Below are positions 34,303 through 47,222 of a stretch of DNA of 63,106 bases, in pieces. The translations under genes were made by a program, and so were the position numbers. Each line of letters begins with the position of its first letter. Within the stretch, counting starts at the first letter, position 1. Under the pieces are notes generated by a model. That model saw only the letters and a list, made by a program, of their open reading frames with translations, was not told the origin of the DNA and made no database searches. The stretch is from Histomonas meleagridis 2922-C6/04-290x (taxonomy: Eukaryota; Protista; Parabasalia), in the NCBI GenBank assembly GCA_020184695.1, contig JAANOX010000281.1:1-63106 (forward strand), given 5' to 3'.

Positions 34303-37225
34303 ATGTCACATTTCATATCATATGAATTTATGGAAACTCAAAGTAAAACAATAAAAAATATCCCTCCTCATAATCTTTCTATGAACGAATCAATCAAGGT
34401 TTTAGAACACCTTGAAAAAATTATATTAAATATAAATGAAAATAATATCAATGAATCCGCCGAATTAACTTTAAATATTATTAGTAATAACATAGCAATT
34501 TATCCTAAATTCACTATTAATAGATTGATTTATTCATCATTTATCTCACAAAAGAAAGATTTTCATATATATTTTAATTTCATAAAAACATATGAAAACA
34601 AAGAAAAAGAAATTAATGATAATAAAAACAATAAGAATGATGGATTTAAATCCTTTGCAGATTATCTTCTTCGTTTAAATTCTCAAGAATCTTATTTTCT
34701 ACTTGCGAAAATGATTGAAACAAATTTAATATCGACAAATTTAATTAAAAATCTGAAAACATTTTATTTTGCAAATTATTTTGATAATGATAAAATATAT
34801 AAGTTAAAGAATTTCGAACACATTCCATTTTGGAAATATTTCTTTGATAATTATGAGGAACTATCAAAGAACTATTGGGAACTTCATAAGCAATTAGTTA
34901 AAGAAGGAGTTAATCCGAATGAAATTGCGAAAATAATTCGAAATGATGAAATCGAAAAACTTCAAGAAATTTCATCACAAGAAAATTTTGATTTTAATCA
35001 AGCAATCGAACCATCACTTTATGAAAGATATTCATTTATTAATCAAGAAAATGTTACATTAATTGATTATGCAGCATTCTTTTCTTCTGTTAAATGTTTT
35101 AAATATTTACTTATGAATAATGTAAATGTAAATAATACAGGTAAATATGCAATTGCAGGTGGAAATGAAGAAATTATTCATTTATGTGAACAGAACCATT
35201 CATCATTTGAAGGGGCATATGAAACTGCAATTGAATTCCATCAAAATGATATATTTCATTATATATTTGAAAACAATATTAATGAATTTTCGCCTAAGAT
35301 GATGTCAAATATATTTTTGATGAGTCCATGTATGAATGTTGAGTTATTTAACTTATTCCGTGAGCAAAAAGGAGTGAATTTTAATTGGAAAAGTAATCCA
35401 TATTTTTATTTGAATTTTATTCATGAAATTTGATATATCAACTAAAAATTTGGAAGTTTTTTGAATTATTTAAAACACTTTTGATGTTAGCATCTATAAA
35501 TGGTCACATAGAAATCGTTCAATTACTTCTTGAACGAAAAGGAATTGATATTAATGCTAAAGATATTATTTATTTTAATAATTTTCTATTTCAAAATAAT
35601 ATTTGGAAATTATTTTATTTATTTCAAACAGCACTTATTTTGGCATCTTCAAATGGTCAGACAGAAATAATTGAATTACTTCTTGAACAAGAAGGAATTG
35701 ATATTCATGCTAAAGATATTTATTTGTTTTATATAGAATTTATTTTAATAATTTTGGTTTTCAAAATAATATTTGGAAATTATTTAAAACAGCACTTATG
35801 AATGCATCTGAAAATGGTCGTACAGAAATAGTTAAATTACTTCTTGAACAAGAGAATATTGATATCAATGCTAAAGATATTTATTTGTTTTATTTTATAT
35901 TTATTTTAATAATTTAATATTTCAAAATAATAATTGGAAATTATTTAAATTATTTAAAACAGCACTTATGTATGCATCTTTAAGAGGTCATAAAGGAATA
36001 GTTAAATTACTTCTTGAACAAGAAGGAAGTGATATTAATGCTAAAGATATTTATTTGTTTTATTTAGTATTTATTTCAGTAACTGGATGTTTTAATAAAA
36101 TTTTTGGAATTTCTTTAAATTATTTGAAACAGCACTTATTTATGCATCTAAAAACGACTATGCAGAAATTGTTAAATTACTTCTTGAACAAAAAGGAATT
36201 GATCTTAATACTAAAAATATTATTAATTTGTTTTATTTTGGATTTATTTTAATAATTTCTTATTTGAAAATAATATTTGGAAATTATCTAAATTATTTTG
36301 GACAGCACTTATGTTAGCATCTAAAAATGGTCACATTGATATAGTTAAATTACTTCTTGAACAAAAAGGAATCGATGTTAATTCAAGAGATATCTATTAA
36401 TTATATATAAAATTTATTTTAATTTTTTTATGTTATTTCAAAATAATAATTGAAATTCATTTTAATTTATAAAAAACATCAATTATGTATGCATCTGAAA
36501 AAGGCTACACAGATATAGTCAAATTACTTCTTAAACAAAAAGGAATTGATGTTAATGATAAAGATATTTAAATAATTTCTATTTAAATTATTTAAATATT
36601 TTGAAACTTTAATATAATGTTTGGAAATTATTTAAATGATTTTGGACAGCACTTTTTTATGGATCTGAAAATGGTCATACAGAAATCGTTAAATTACTTC
36701 TTGAACAAGAAGGAATTGATATTAATGCTAAAGAGATTTATTTGTTTTATTTAATATTTATTTTAATAATTTGATATTTTAAAATAATTTTTGGAAATTA
36801 TTTAAATTATTTAAAACAGCACTTATGAATGCATCTGAGAAAGGCTACACAGATATAGTCAAATTACTTCTTGAACAAGAAGGAATTGATGTTAATGCTA
36901 AAGAGATTTATTTGTTTTATTTAATATATATTTTAATAATCCGATATTTCAAAATAAAATTTGGAAATTATTTGAATTATTTAATACAGCACTTATGTAC
37001 GCATCTTCAAATGGTCATACAGAAATAGTTGAATTACTTCTTGAACAAGAAGGAATTGATATTAATGCTAAAGAGATTTATTTGCTTTATTTGAAATTTA
37101 TTTTAATAATTTGATATTTTCGGGTAATATTTGGATTTTTTTTAAGAATTTAGAACAGCAATTATTACATCTATAATGGTCACACAGAAATAGTTAAATA
37201 CTTGTATGCACTTATCCCTCAATAA
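34303..37225 (+). CDS. DUF3447 + ankyrin-repeat protein (locus A); ankyrin linkers split into single codons by 17-nt inserts
   Basis: Uninterrupted N-terminal ORF to 35394, then 11 ankyrin units of 90 nt each, separated by 63-84 nt spacers that parse as (17 nt + codon)n. The final repeat is degenerate. Confidence 0.8.
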
Positions 37226-37618
37226 ATCTAAAATATTGTATGTGTTATTATTTTCTTTTAAATTTTCAAAATCCAAAATGAAAATATGTGACTAATTAAT
37301 ATATTAAAATAAAGTTACTAATATATAAGAATTTATTCACAATAAATTGTCACGTGGAAAGTTTGTCAAAAAATAAATGAATAATACTTCATATGACGTT
37401 GGCCATCAACGAACCAATCCTATCATCTTACGATCAAATTTAATTCAATCATCGTGTACACAGCAGTCAATCCGAATGGCCAACTGATGAAAGGTTAGAT
37501 AAAAACCATTACATTGAAAATTACCGATAATTTAACTTTTTGTAATGTTATTTTTAATTTCTGTCCAAAATTTGACTGATTTTACTTATGACATTGACAA
37601 AACCGTTTAGGGCAAGAA

Positions 37619-40600
37619 ATGAACAAAACATTTCGCTGGACACTTGATGATTACGAAACAAAGATTGGCAAAAAGGTATCTTATTCTTTTGAGTATTCTC
37701 AGTATCAAATTACTCTTACAGCTCGGCTAGAAAAATCAGATTATAAGCCATTTCACATTAAAGCAACAATAGATAGAGATTCCGAAAATTGGAAAACACG
37801 TATCAAATTTAAAATTATAAACAAGGAAAATGCATTAGAAACAAAGAAAAAGAAGGCGACTTTTACAAACCAAGAAAAAAAGTCCAAAATCATATTTGAT
37901 GTTCCTTCTTCATACTTTCTTCATACTTCAGGGTATCTTAATGATGGAGCTCTGGAAATTGATTTAACATTTGAAGATGAATATAGTTCTGACGATGATC
38001 CGTTTGGATCAAATATTGATCCCTACGATGACATAGTTTACCAAAGCCCTAACACAACATATTCCTCTAATACTACTTATTGGAATACTACTTATTACAA
38101 ATCACAAAAAAACAACTCAAAAGAAGAAACCGGCTATGTTGGCCTTAAAAACCAAGGCTGTACTTGTTACTTAAATTCTTTTCTACAATCAATGTTTCAT
38201 CTTCCAGCATTTCGAAGAATTGTTTATTCATTTCATACGACTGGAAATGAGGATCCAGAAACATCGATTCCTTTAAATCTTCAACGACTTTTTTGTCAAA
38301 TGCAATTTAGTGATGAACCATGTTCGACCAAATCATTAACAAAAAGCTTTGGTTGGGGTGATTCTGAAGCCTTTGAGCAACATGACATCCATGAATTTTG
38401 TTGTGTGTTATTAGAAAATATTGAAAAAAAACTTAAAGGCACTGAACTTGAGAATTCAATAGCTGAGTTATTTAAAGGTCGATTTCGTTCCTTTATTCGT
38501 TGTCGTAATGTTAATTATGAAAGTTCTCGAGTTGAAGATTTTTATGATCTTCAAATGACGGTTAAGGGGTGCCCCAATTTAGAAAAGTCTTTTGAGAGTT
38601 ATGTTGAAACCGAAGAATTTGTTGGGGAAAACCAATATAAAACTGATGATTATGGGTTACAAGATGCAGATATGGGGACCGAATTTATTGAGTTTCCTAA
38701 GATCTTACAATTACATTTGCGCCGATTTGATTTTGATTATAATACATTACAACAAATTAAAATCAATGACAAGTTTGAGTTTCCAAAAGAGATTGATTTA
38801 AGCCCATATTTAGCCAAAGATTCCAAAGGTAAACCATCAGTCTTTGAATTATTTGGAGTATTAGTACATTCAGGGAGTGCATTTGCAGGACATTATTATT
38901 CATTTCTCCGGACGAAGTTAGATGACCAATGGTATGAATTTGATGATAGTGATGTTACAAAGACAACAGAAGAAAAAGCGATTAATGATAATTTTGGTGG
39001 TGAATATCAAAGTATAACACGAAATGTTTGGAAACGAGAAAAGTCATATTCGGCATATATATTAATATATGTCCGTAAAGATGCAGAACATGAAGTATAT
39101 ACAGAGATACCGAATGAAACAGTTCCGAAACATTTGAAAGATTTCTTTGAGCGTTCGAAAGAAGAAAAAGAACATCGTAAAAAGCTACGAGAAGAAATGA
39201 AGAATCAAATACCAATTGAACTTATTGATGAAGATTCCATTAAAGTTAACACATCGAAATATGAAAATGGATTTGAAGTTGAAGATAACAAACAAATTAT
39301 TTATGTTGAAAAGACAACGAAAATATCCGAATTATATAATATCATTAGCGAGAAAAGACAAATACCAAATGAAAACTTAATTTTATGGAAATGTAAATAT
39401 TCCGGTGTACCAACATCTGTATTACCACGAAATAGTACAAAAATTGTATCAACATTTGGATATTCATTAACATTATTTATTGATAACATACCCAATTTCA
39501 AACAATTAGAAGATGATGAAATTAATATTTGGGCGAAGTTCTTCTTTCCAGGCAAAAGTTATCCATTACAATATATTGGACAATTTCGAATAAAGAGCAC
39601 GTCAATTATCTCCGAAATTTATGAACAAATTAATACCAAAATTGGATATCCTAAAGATACATCATTAATATCATATATTGAAACAACTACATATCCTAAA
39701 CTTATTAATCATTCATTAACATTTGATGATGAATCGATTAGTACTGGTTCGATTCTAATCTTTCAACAAACACTTGGCGATGAATTATTAACACCGAACA
39801 TTGAATTTTATGTTAATACCAAAGAAGATGATCATAAAAATAAAGAAGAAGAAGAAATCAAAGATAAAGGAGAATATAGTAATGTTCCTATCATTAATAC
39901 TAATGATAATATTAATCCTCAAATGTTATCAGTGAAACAATTCCTTTCATCACGATCAGAATTACTTGAAATATTAGTTAGTGATATCCATAACTTAGAT
40001 ACGCCATTATTCTTCTTAAGGTTTCCATCATCATCAACATTTACTGATGTTAAATGTTTCATAGCTAAGAATGCAAATATTGATTATTCACCTGAAAATG
40101 ATTCGATTGAATTATATAAAGAAGATTCTGAACATCCAAATAAACCTTCATTAAATGCGATGGGATTAAGTTATACATCACCGAACTTTTTATGGTCACG
40201 AAATTATTTACGTAATAATTATTCATATCATCATATATACTTTAATTATATCAAAGGAATATCTGAGAAAGAATTAAGTTTAACACGAAATATCCCAATT
40301 CTATTTTCGAAAGATGGATATTTACCAGAGAAATTGTTCCATTATAGAGTACCGAAAAATGATAATATAAATGAAATCAAAAATAAATTAATCAATGAAG
40401 GATTATTAGACAGTAAAACTAATTATCGATTCATTGAAGAATGGAATAATAAAATTTATCGAATCTTCTCAATGAATGATGTTCCATATCAAACAAATTC
40501 ACCTTTAAGAATTGATGTGATTCCAGCCGATCAATTAAATGTGAATGAAAATGAATTAATGATAAAATGTTGTTACGCTAGAAAAGGTGATTACTATTTG

Positions 40601-40912
40601 GATTGTTTCGGTTTCCCATTTTTAATTAAGTTAATTCCAAATGAAAATTTGTCGGAATTAAAAAATAGAATTAAAAATAATATTAAAATGTCTGATGAAG
40701 AATTTAATAAATACGACCTAATCGTGGGCGATACTTATGGATCACAAAGTGATTTAATTGAGTTAAAAGATGATGATATAGTAATAGAGAAAATTAGTAA
40801 GGAAAACGACTGCTTGTTCTTGCTGAGCAAAGAGGAAAAAAAGAAAAAGAAAAAAGTGGTAAATGGCTATGGCTATAGGACAAAGGAAAAGGCTCTGAAA
40901 ATTGATAACTAA
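37619..40912 (+). CDS. Ubiquitin carboxyl-terminal hydrolase, USP7-like (MATH + C19 + UBL tail)
   Basis: GYVGLKNQGCTCYLNS, QHDIHEF, VHSGSAFAGHYY, WYEFDD. Confidence 0.9.
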   Translation: MNKTFRWTLDDYETKIGKKVSYSFEYSQYQITLTARLEKSDYKPFHIKATIDRDSENWKTRIKFKIINKENALETKKKKATFTNQEKKSKIIFDVPSSYFLHTSGYLNDGALEIDLTFEDEYSSDDDPFGSNIDPYDDIVYQSPNTTYSSNTTYWNTTYYKSQKNNSKEETGYVGLKNQGCTCYLNSFLQSMFHLPAFRRIVYSFHTTGNEDPETSIPLNLQRLFCQMQFSDEPCSTKSLTKSFGWGDSEAFEQHDIHEFCCVLLENIEKKLKGTELENSIAELFKGRFRSFIRCRNVNYESSRVEDFYDLQMTVKGCPNLEKSFESYVETEEFVGENQYKTDDYGLQDADMGTEFIEFPKILQLHLRRFDFDYNTLQQIKINDKFEFPKEIDLSPYLAKDSKGKPSVFELFGVLVHSGSAFAGHYYSFLRTKLDDQWYEFDDSDVTKTTEEKAINDNFGGEYQSITRNVWKREKSYSAYILIYVRKDAEHEVYTEIPNETVPKHLKDFFERSKEEKEHRKKLREEMKNQIPIELIDEDSIKVNTSKYENGFEVEDNKQIIYVEKTTKISELYNIISEKRQIPNENLILWKCKYSGVPTSVLPRNSTKIVSTFGYSLTLFIDNIPNFKQLEDDEINIWAKFFFPGKSYPLQYIGQFRIKSTSIISEIYEQINTKIGYPKDTSLISYIETTTYPKLINHSLTFDDESISTGSILIFQQTLGDELLTPNIEFYVNTKEDDHKNKEEEEIKDKGEYSNVPIINTNDNINPQMLSVKQFLSSRSELLEILVSDIHNLDTPLFFLRFPSSSTFTDVKCFIAKNANIDYSPENDSIELYKEDSEHPNKPSLNAMGLSYTSPNFLWSRNYLRNNYSYHHIYFNYIKGISEKELSLTRNIPILFSKDGYLPEKLFHYRVPKNDNINEIKNKLINEGLLDSKTNYRFIEEWNNKIYRIFSMNDVPYQTNSPLRIDVIPADQLNVNENELMIKCCYARKGDYYLDCFGFPFLIKLIPNENLSELKNRIKNNIKMSDEEFNKYDLIVGDTYGSQSDLIELKDDDIVIEKISKENDCLFLLSKEEKKKKKKVVNGYGYRTKEKALKIDN

Positions 40913-41023
40913 TAATAAAAGTGATAATCTTAGAATGTTTTGTTTAGTAATGAAATTAGTTAATCATTGTAATTAAAAACTTTTTATGGGTACAAAAAAT
41001 ATACCTAAAAACTAAAGAAAAAA

Positions 41024-41105
41024 TGGTACCTGTGGGGTTCGAACCCACGCACCTCTCGGTATTGGGGCTTAAATCCAACGCCTTAGACCACTCGGCCAAA
41101 GTACC
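41024..41105 (-). tRNA. tRNA-Leu(TAA)
   Basis: GGTACTTTGGCCGAGTGGTCTAAGGCG-TTGGA-TTTAAGC-CCCAA, long variable arm, GGTTCGAACCC T-loop, acceptor stem GGTACTT/AGGTACC. Confidence 0.92.
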
Positions 41106-42005
41106 ATCGATTGTGCTTTTAATTGAAATATTAAAGAAGATAATTTTGATAATTTTCATACAAAATATGAAGTTGGAGGGTGAATGTTAAGCAAACTTTA
41201 ACAAAAAATTTATTTCTCATTTCAAATTTTAGAAAAAGAATATTTATTCAAAGTTATTGAGCTTAAACAAGCACAAATATCTTGGACAAAAATCTGAGAT
41301 TTCAAAAATAAAAAATTGTTCTTTATACATTAATATTATATATAAAATTAAGGCATATTTGAGAAATTATTTAAAATATCTTGAAATTAATTTGATACTC
41401 ATCTTGGAAAATATCATCTACATAACTACAACACAATGGTTAACCTAATGCCCTCACTTAGTATTGATATAAATTAAAATTATCGCAATATTTAATATTT
41501 TTGTTTTTTTCACTTATGAAACATGACGTAAGGCATTTCATGTAGTTTAATTATTGCTTTCAATCATCAACGTTAAAGATAAAATCTTATGAGAAGAATT
41601 TGTTCCCCAAAAAAGATATTTTTAAATCAAATTCATTCGAATGTTAACATATTGCCACTCGGGATTTGTTGTAAAGACCCTCTTGATGTTCATTTATTCT
41701 TTTAGTACAATCTTTTTCGTAATTTGATACACATTTTCCCGCTTTTAATCGTCTTGTTCTTTCATTCTTTTTGAATTTGATCATATTTTAATCAAATATT
41801 TTTTTAATTCATTGTTTATATCTCTTTTGTTCGTTTAATGCACCTTATTCATTCATTAGCATTATTTCAATTACTTCTTTTTTGTGTCTCAATTTATCAT
41901 TCCGCTCTAATTTGTTCATTTTTTGTATAAGATTTTGTTATTTTTGCATCTCAGTAATTTCACTTATATTAACAAAATCGCATATTTTAAAGTTAAAGTT
42001 AATTA

Positions 42006-43346
42006 CCCTGATGTCTTTCCAATTCGCGATTTTTACGACCGTTTATAGTATTCAAAAAATAGTAAACGGCCTAGTGTGGCCACAATGCACAGCAATATAT
42101 TTCCAGGAAAACCCCATAAAGACTACACGAATTACAAAAAAAGGCCAATGCTCGAATGTGTTATAACTCAAATTTCAAGAGGATACCCAAGAATTTCTAA
42201 GATTGCACAAACAAGTAAAATTCCTGATTCCACACTAAGATCCTGGAAAGATAAATTAAAGCATAATCCTGCTTGGAGACCATGGAATAATGATCATGGA
42301 AGTGGTCATAGGATATTTACAGACATAGAAGAACAATCAATTAAGGATTTTATTGTCAGTTGTTTTTTACAACCAGGTTTTGTATTTACCAATGAAGACT
42401 TCATAATAATCGCTATGAATGCATATCTAACAAAATATCAAGATATAACTAATTTTAAAGAAACGAAAGATTTTTTAGTTTCACACCAATTTATCGCAGA
42501 TTTTAAGAAGAGAAACCATCTCTCTTCTATGGTTTTACATCCTAAAAGGAGACCAAATGTGACTGATAAAGAAAAATCTAATTGGATCGATACAATACAA
42601 AACCTTCTTACTTCTGTTGATCATAGTAGAATTGTCAATGTGGATGAAACATGCTGGAAGTGTTTTCCACATGGTATGGTAACTTGAACAGAAAAAGGAT
42701 CTGATTTAATGTCGATCAACTTAAATTCTTCACCAAAGGCATCGATAACTGTCCTGGCGAGCATACGTTCAGATGGAACCAAAATTCCCCTTTACTTTAT
42801 AGCAAAAGGAAAGACTGATCTTGTAGAAACAACACAAATTGGTGATGTTTCACCTCACATGTCCACCCACTCAGAAAACAGATGGACCACTGAGGAAACG
42901 TTTTATAGTATTTACTGTTCCTCCGGCAACACTTCAATGACGAAGATCCTATAAATTTGTTACTTGACTCATATAAAGCCCACAAATGTCAATCAATTAT
43001 CGATTTGGCAGAAACTCTGAAGATTAAATTATATTTCAAACCACCCGGTATGACTGATGAATTTCAACCATTAGATCGAAGGTTCTTCGGGTGTTTGAAG
43101 GCTACAGCACGTTATCTGTTTCGAAAAGAGTACAATCAAAACAATGAAAAAAAATTTACCAAATTACAAGCAGCATAATGCATGGTTTGGGCATGGGAAC
43201 ACCTGCAACCCAATATAATCCAAGAGTCTTGGTCAATCTATGAATAAAACATTTATACATTAATTTTCTTTCAGACAGAAAGAATTCATATTGAGAGAAA
43301 CGGTTTTTAACGGTCGTAAAAATCGCGAATTGGAAAGACATCAGGG
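42006..43346 (+). mobile_element. Complete pogo/Tc1-mariner-superfamily DNA transposon, 38-bp perfect TIRs, TA target duplication
   Basis: TIR CCCTGATGTCTTTCCAATTCGCGATTTTTACGACCGTT at 42006-42043, inverted at 43309-43346; TA at 42004-42005 and 43347-43348. Confidence 0.95.
42085..43246 (+). pseudogene. DDE_1 (pogo-like, DD35D) transposase, inactivated
   Basis: HTH N-terminus, NVDET, LLDSYKAH, QPLD. In-frame TGA at 42685, frameshift with TAG near 42905, TAA at 43176. Confidence 0.9.
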
Positions 43347-43417
43347 TAATTTTAAATGAAAAACTTAAATTCATTTTTTAAAGAAAATAAATAAAATAAA
43401 ATAAAAAATAAAAAATA

Positions 43418-44417
<1,000 letters not shown>

Positions 44418-44433
44418 GTGGAAAGAATAATAT

Positions 44434-46899
44434 TTATTTATTGTTATCCTGGAGTTCTATATCCACCACGATTACACTTACATTATCTTGTGTTCCTCTG
44501 GCTATGGCCGCGCTTGTCAACAAACCAGCAGCCTTATGTATATCCACACATTTCGACACTATTTCCCCGACTTCCTCATTATTCATCACATCGAAAACAC
44601 CGTCGCATGCCAGAACCAGTCTGAAGTCATTTTCTGTAATTGGATGCTTTGTCATGTCAGGTGTACGCGATACGCCATCTATCATAAAGTCTCCAATAGC
44701 GCGTGATATTGCGAGGTGCGAACTCAGTCGACCTGATGCTACAAATGCGCGCCCATCTTTTAGTACATCGAGCTCACTTCGTTCGGTTGGCCGATGATCA
44801 AATGTGAGTGACTCAACTGAGCCGTCCTTCCGCACTACGAGCGCCCGTGCATCGCCAAGGTGCGCTACACTTATGGATGATGGTGTTACTAATGCTAATA
44901 CTAATGCAGCGCCATCATTAACTTGTAGTTTAAAAAGTTGTTCATTGACATTTTTAAGTATGGAGGCAATGTCAACGATTGTCTTTGTTTTAGATTGTTC
45001 AAAAAGCTGTGGAATAAGTGAAGCTGATATTGATGAGGATTGATATCCGCCATGACCATCAATAACACCATAAAGTGAAGGCACTAAAGGACCGGTACTT
45101 TCGCGGATAATAAAAGAGTCTTCCATTTCATTTCGAAATCCTATTGTATCACAATATCCAAATTTCTTACCACGAAAGAATTTGACTTTGGGTGTGTTCA
45201 AGGACTTGGCCATTTTATAGTTGGTTGTAACTAATTCACGAATTGTATTTGGAATTGGCGTTGTATGTCGAATATCAGTTCCGAATAAATCAACCGTATC
45301 AATGTTAGGGAAAAGCGAAAGATCCAATTTAAATGATAATGGGTTAAGTGCAAGCTTCAGTATCTTTAAAGATGTTAAATGCTTGAATTGGAATTTGCTG
45401 ATTTGGTTGCACGTTAAGTCGAGGCTTGTCAGAAAAAGTAAATCATTTTCGCAAACAAACTCAGTCAATAAATTGTGAGAAAAGTCTAAAGTTGAAATGT
45501 ATTGAGGAAGTGGAGGAAGTTTTGAAATTTGGTTACCAGCAAGAATAAGAGTAACGACCTCAGGTATTTCAGTAAGTTCAGTAATTTGATTCCATGAAAA
45601 ATTAATAGTTTCAATCCCTTGACATGAAAGTAAAATTTCAGGAAGCTCAGTAAATTGACAATTACAAGCTACAATCTCTTTAAGTGTATCAGGAAGAGGT
45701 GGAAGTGAAGACATCGGATTATCACTAATATATAATGAGATAAGTTGAGATGAACCAATTTCATCTGGAAGATTTGAAATATTATTTTTGGTTAAAATAA
45801 GGGTCGTTAACATCTGGAAATCAAAGAGAGCAGATGGAACAGTGGATATTCCATTTGCTGTTAGATCAATTAATTTGATTCCTTTAGAAAGATGATCTGT
45901 CCGAATTTCTGTAATAGAATTATGCCGCATTAAAAGATGTGTTATGTTACTTTGACTAAAGTCCGGTATATCTTTAAAATGATTGTCATTAAATTGTAAA
46001 CCTTTTAATCCTTGTGATGTAATAGGATTTGCACTTTCAAATTTGTTATCTGTAGCTATAAATCGTTCAATGTTTGAAGGCAATTCAGGAAAATTAATAA
46101 AATGATTTGATCTTATGTCAAGATAAACAAGATTCTGGAGACCGTTTATTGGCTCACCCCAATTTTTGATGCAATTGTGATTAATCTCGATTTTAGAAAT
46201 TGTTGGTGGAAGCGAAGAAGGAAATTGATCTAAAAAATTATAAGAAAGAATAAGCGTTGAAAGACGTGGGGCAAATTTTGAAATGGGTGGAATTGAACAA
46301 AGTCGATTAAAAGAAAGATCAAGTAAAGTAAGGCATTCAAACATACAACTATCAGTGATGTCAACAAGAATATTTCCTGAAAGTTTTAATTCCTTAAGAT
46401 TTGGTAGATTATTTGTTGATAGAGAACGAATTTGATTAAAACCTAAATTAGCTTTTTCAATACATGGTGGAAGTTCCGGGAAATCGCTAAGAAGATTTAA
46501 AAATAAATCAAGATGTAGAATAGAATCAAGTGATGTTGAAAACGATTCTAACATGTTTCTGTCAAGAAAGAGATCAGTTATAGATCTCATAGAATCCAAT
46601 GATTTTGGAATTTGTCTAAGCTGATTTGATGATAACCTTAATTTTTTTAAAGATGGAAAATCGAACTCTATTTCATTAAGATTTTCATCTTGAGAATATA
46701 AGGCATTATCTGAAAGGTCTAGTGTTTCTAAATTGTCTAATTTTTTAGGGAAAAGTTTTAATGTGTTATGTGGTGCATCGATTGAAATTAAAGGATGGTC
46801 CGGTGAAATGTAAAATGGTATACGGCATAACTTCAATCGAGCAATTGAAAGGTGTGTTGTTTCTGGAGGGAGATTTGGAGCAGATTCGTCCTGCCCCAT
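44434..46899 (-). CDS. Leucine-rich repeat + PP2C phosphatase protein
   Basis: More than 20 LRRs (LxxLxLxxN), then RNEMEDS, VIDGHGG, HLGDAR, LACDGVFD, GTQDNVSV. Confidence 0.9.
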   Translation of the reverse strand: MGQDESAPNLPPETTHLSIARLKLCRIPFYISPDHPLISIDAPHNTLKLFPKKLDNLETLDLSDNALYSQDENLNEIEFDFPSLKKLRLSSNQLRQIPKSLDSMRSITDLFLDRNMLESFSTSLDSILHLDLFLNLLSDFPELPPCIEKANLGFNQIRSLSTNNLPNLKELKLSGNILVDITDSCMFECLTLLDLSFNRLCSIPPISKFAPRLSTLILSYNFLDQFPSSLPPTISKIEINHNCIKNWGEPINGLQNLVYLDIRSNHFINFPELPSNIERFIATDNKFESANPITSQGLKGLQFNDNHFKDIPDFSQSNITHLLMRHNSITEIRTDHLSKGIKLIDLTANGISTVPSALFDFQMLTTLILTKNNISNLPDEIGSSQLISLYISDNPMSSLPPLPDTLKEIVACNCQFTELPEILLSCQGIETINFSWNQITELTEIPEVVTLILAGNQISKLPPLPQYISTLDFSHNLLTEFVCENDLLFLTSLDLTCNQISKFQFKHLTSLKILKLALNPLSFKLDLSLFPNIDTVDLFGTDIRHTTPIPNTIRELVTTNYKMAKSLNTPKVKFFRGKKFGYCDTIGFRNEMEDSFIIRESTGPLVPSLYGVIDGHGGYQSSSISASLIPQLFEQSKTKTIVDIASILKNVNEQLFKLQVNDGAALVLALVTPSSISVAHLGDARALVVRKDGSVESLTFDHRPTERSELDVLKDGRAFVASGRLSSHLAISRAIGDFMIDGVSRTPDMTKHPITENDFRLVLACDGVFDVMNNEEVGEIVSKCVDIHKAAGLLTSAAIARGTQDNVSVIVVDIELQDNNK

Positions 46900-47222
46900 T
46901 TGAAAATTTTTCGTTCAAAACCGTTAAGGTTTCGGTGCACGAAAAACGAAAACCAAATTTCTAACAAAGCAAGTTTTGTTCTGATTAAAATATAAATTAG
47001 CATTCATATTTTTTAGATATTGTATTAACTCTAATATAAGTTATAACAATACTAACTTAATTCCAAAATTGATTTCAAAAATGAAAAGATTGGTTAATTA
47101 CCATCAAAGAATAAAAGATTTTGAGTGCCCTTAACGAATTACACAGTGTTAAATCATTTAATAAGTTAAGTTGAATGTTATGTTTATTAGATATCAAGCC
47201 ATCCAAAATGCTTTCAAGGAGC

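Noticed and set aside
35395-35474. Classical matched-codon ribosomal bypass (T4 gene 60 type)
   Set aside because: Take-off and landing triplets do not match (inserts end in TTT regardless of the preceding codon). Bypass is not excluded, but the classical model does not fit.
35879-35960. Ankyrin spacer as a U12 AT-AC intron
   Set aside because: There is no ATATCC 5' site, and the possible AT...AC joins are out of frame.
35879-35962. Ankyrin spacer as a single canonical GT...AG intron (GTTTTATT...AAACAG)
   Set aside because: The join is out of frame and removes the conserved Thr; GT is absent from many spacers; there is no parabasalid branch motif.
36049-36128. Spacers translated via a single frameshift as a ~26-aa hydrophobic insert
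   Set aside because: Several spacers have stops in both relevant frames (e.g. TAA TAA here, and TAA and TGA in 36566-36645).
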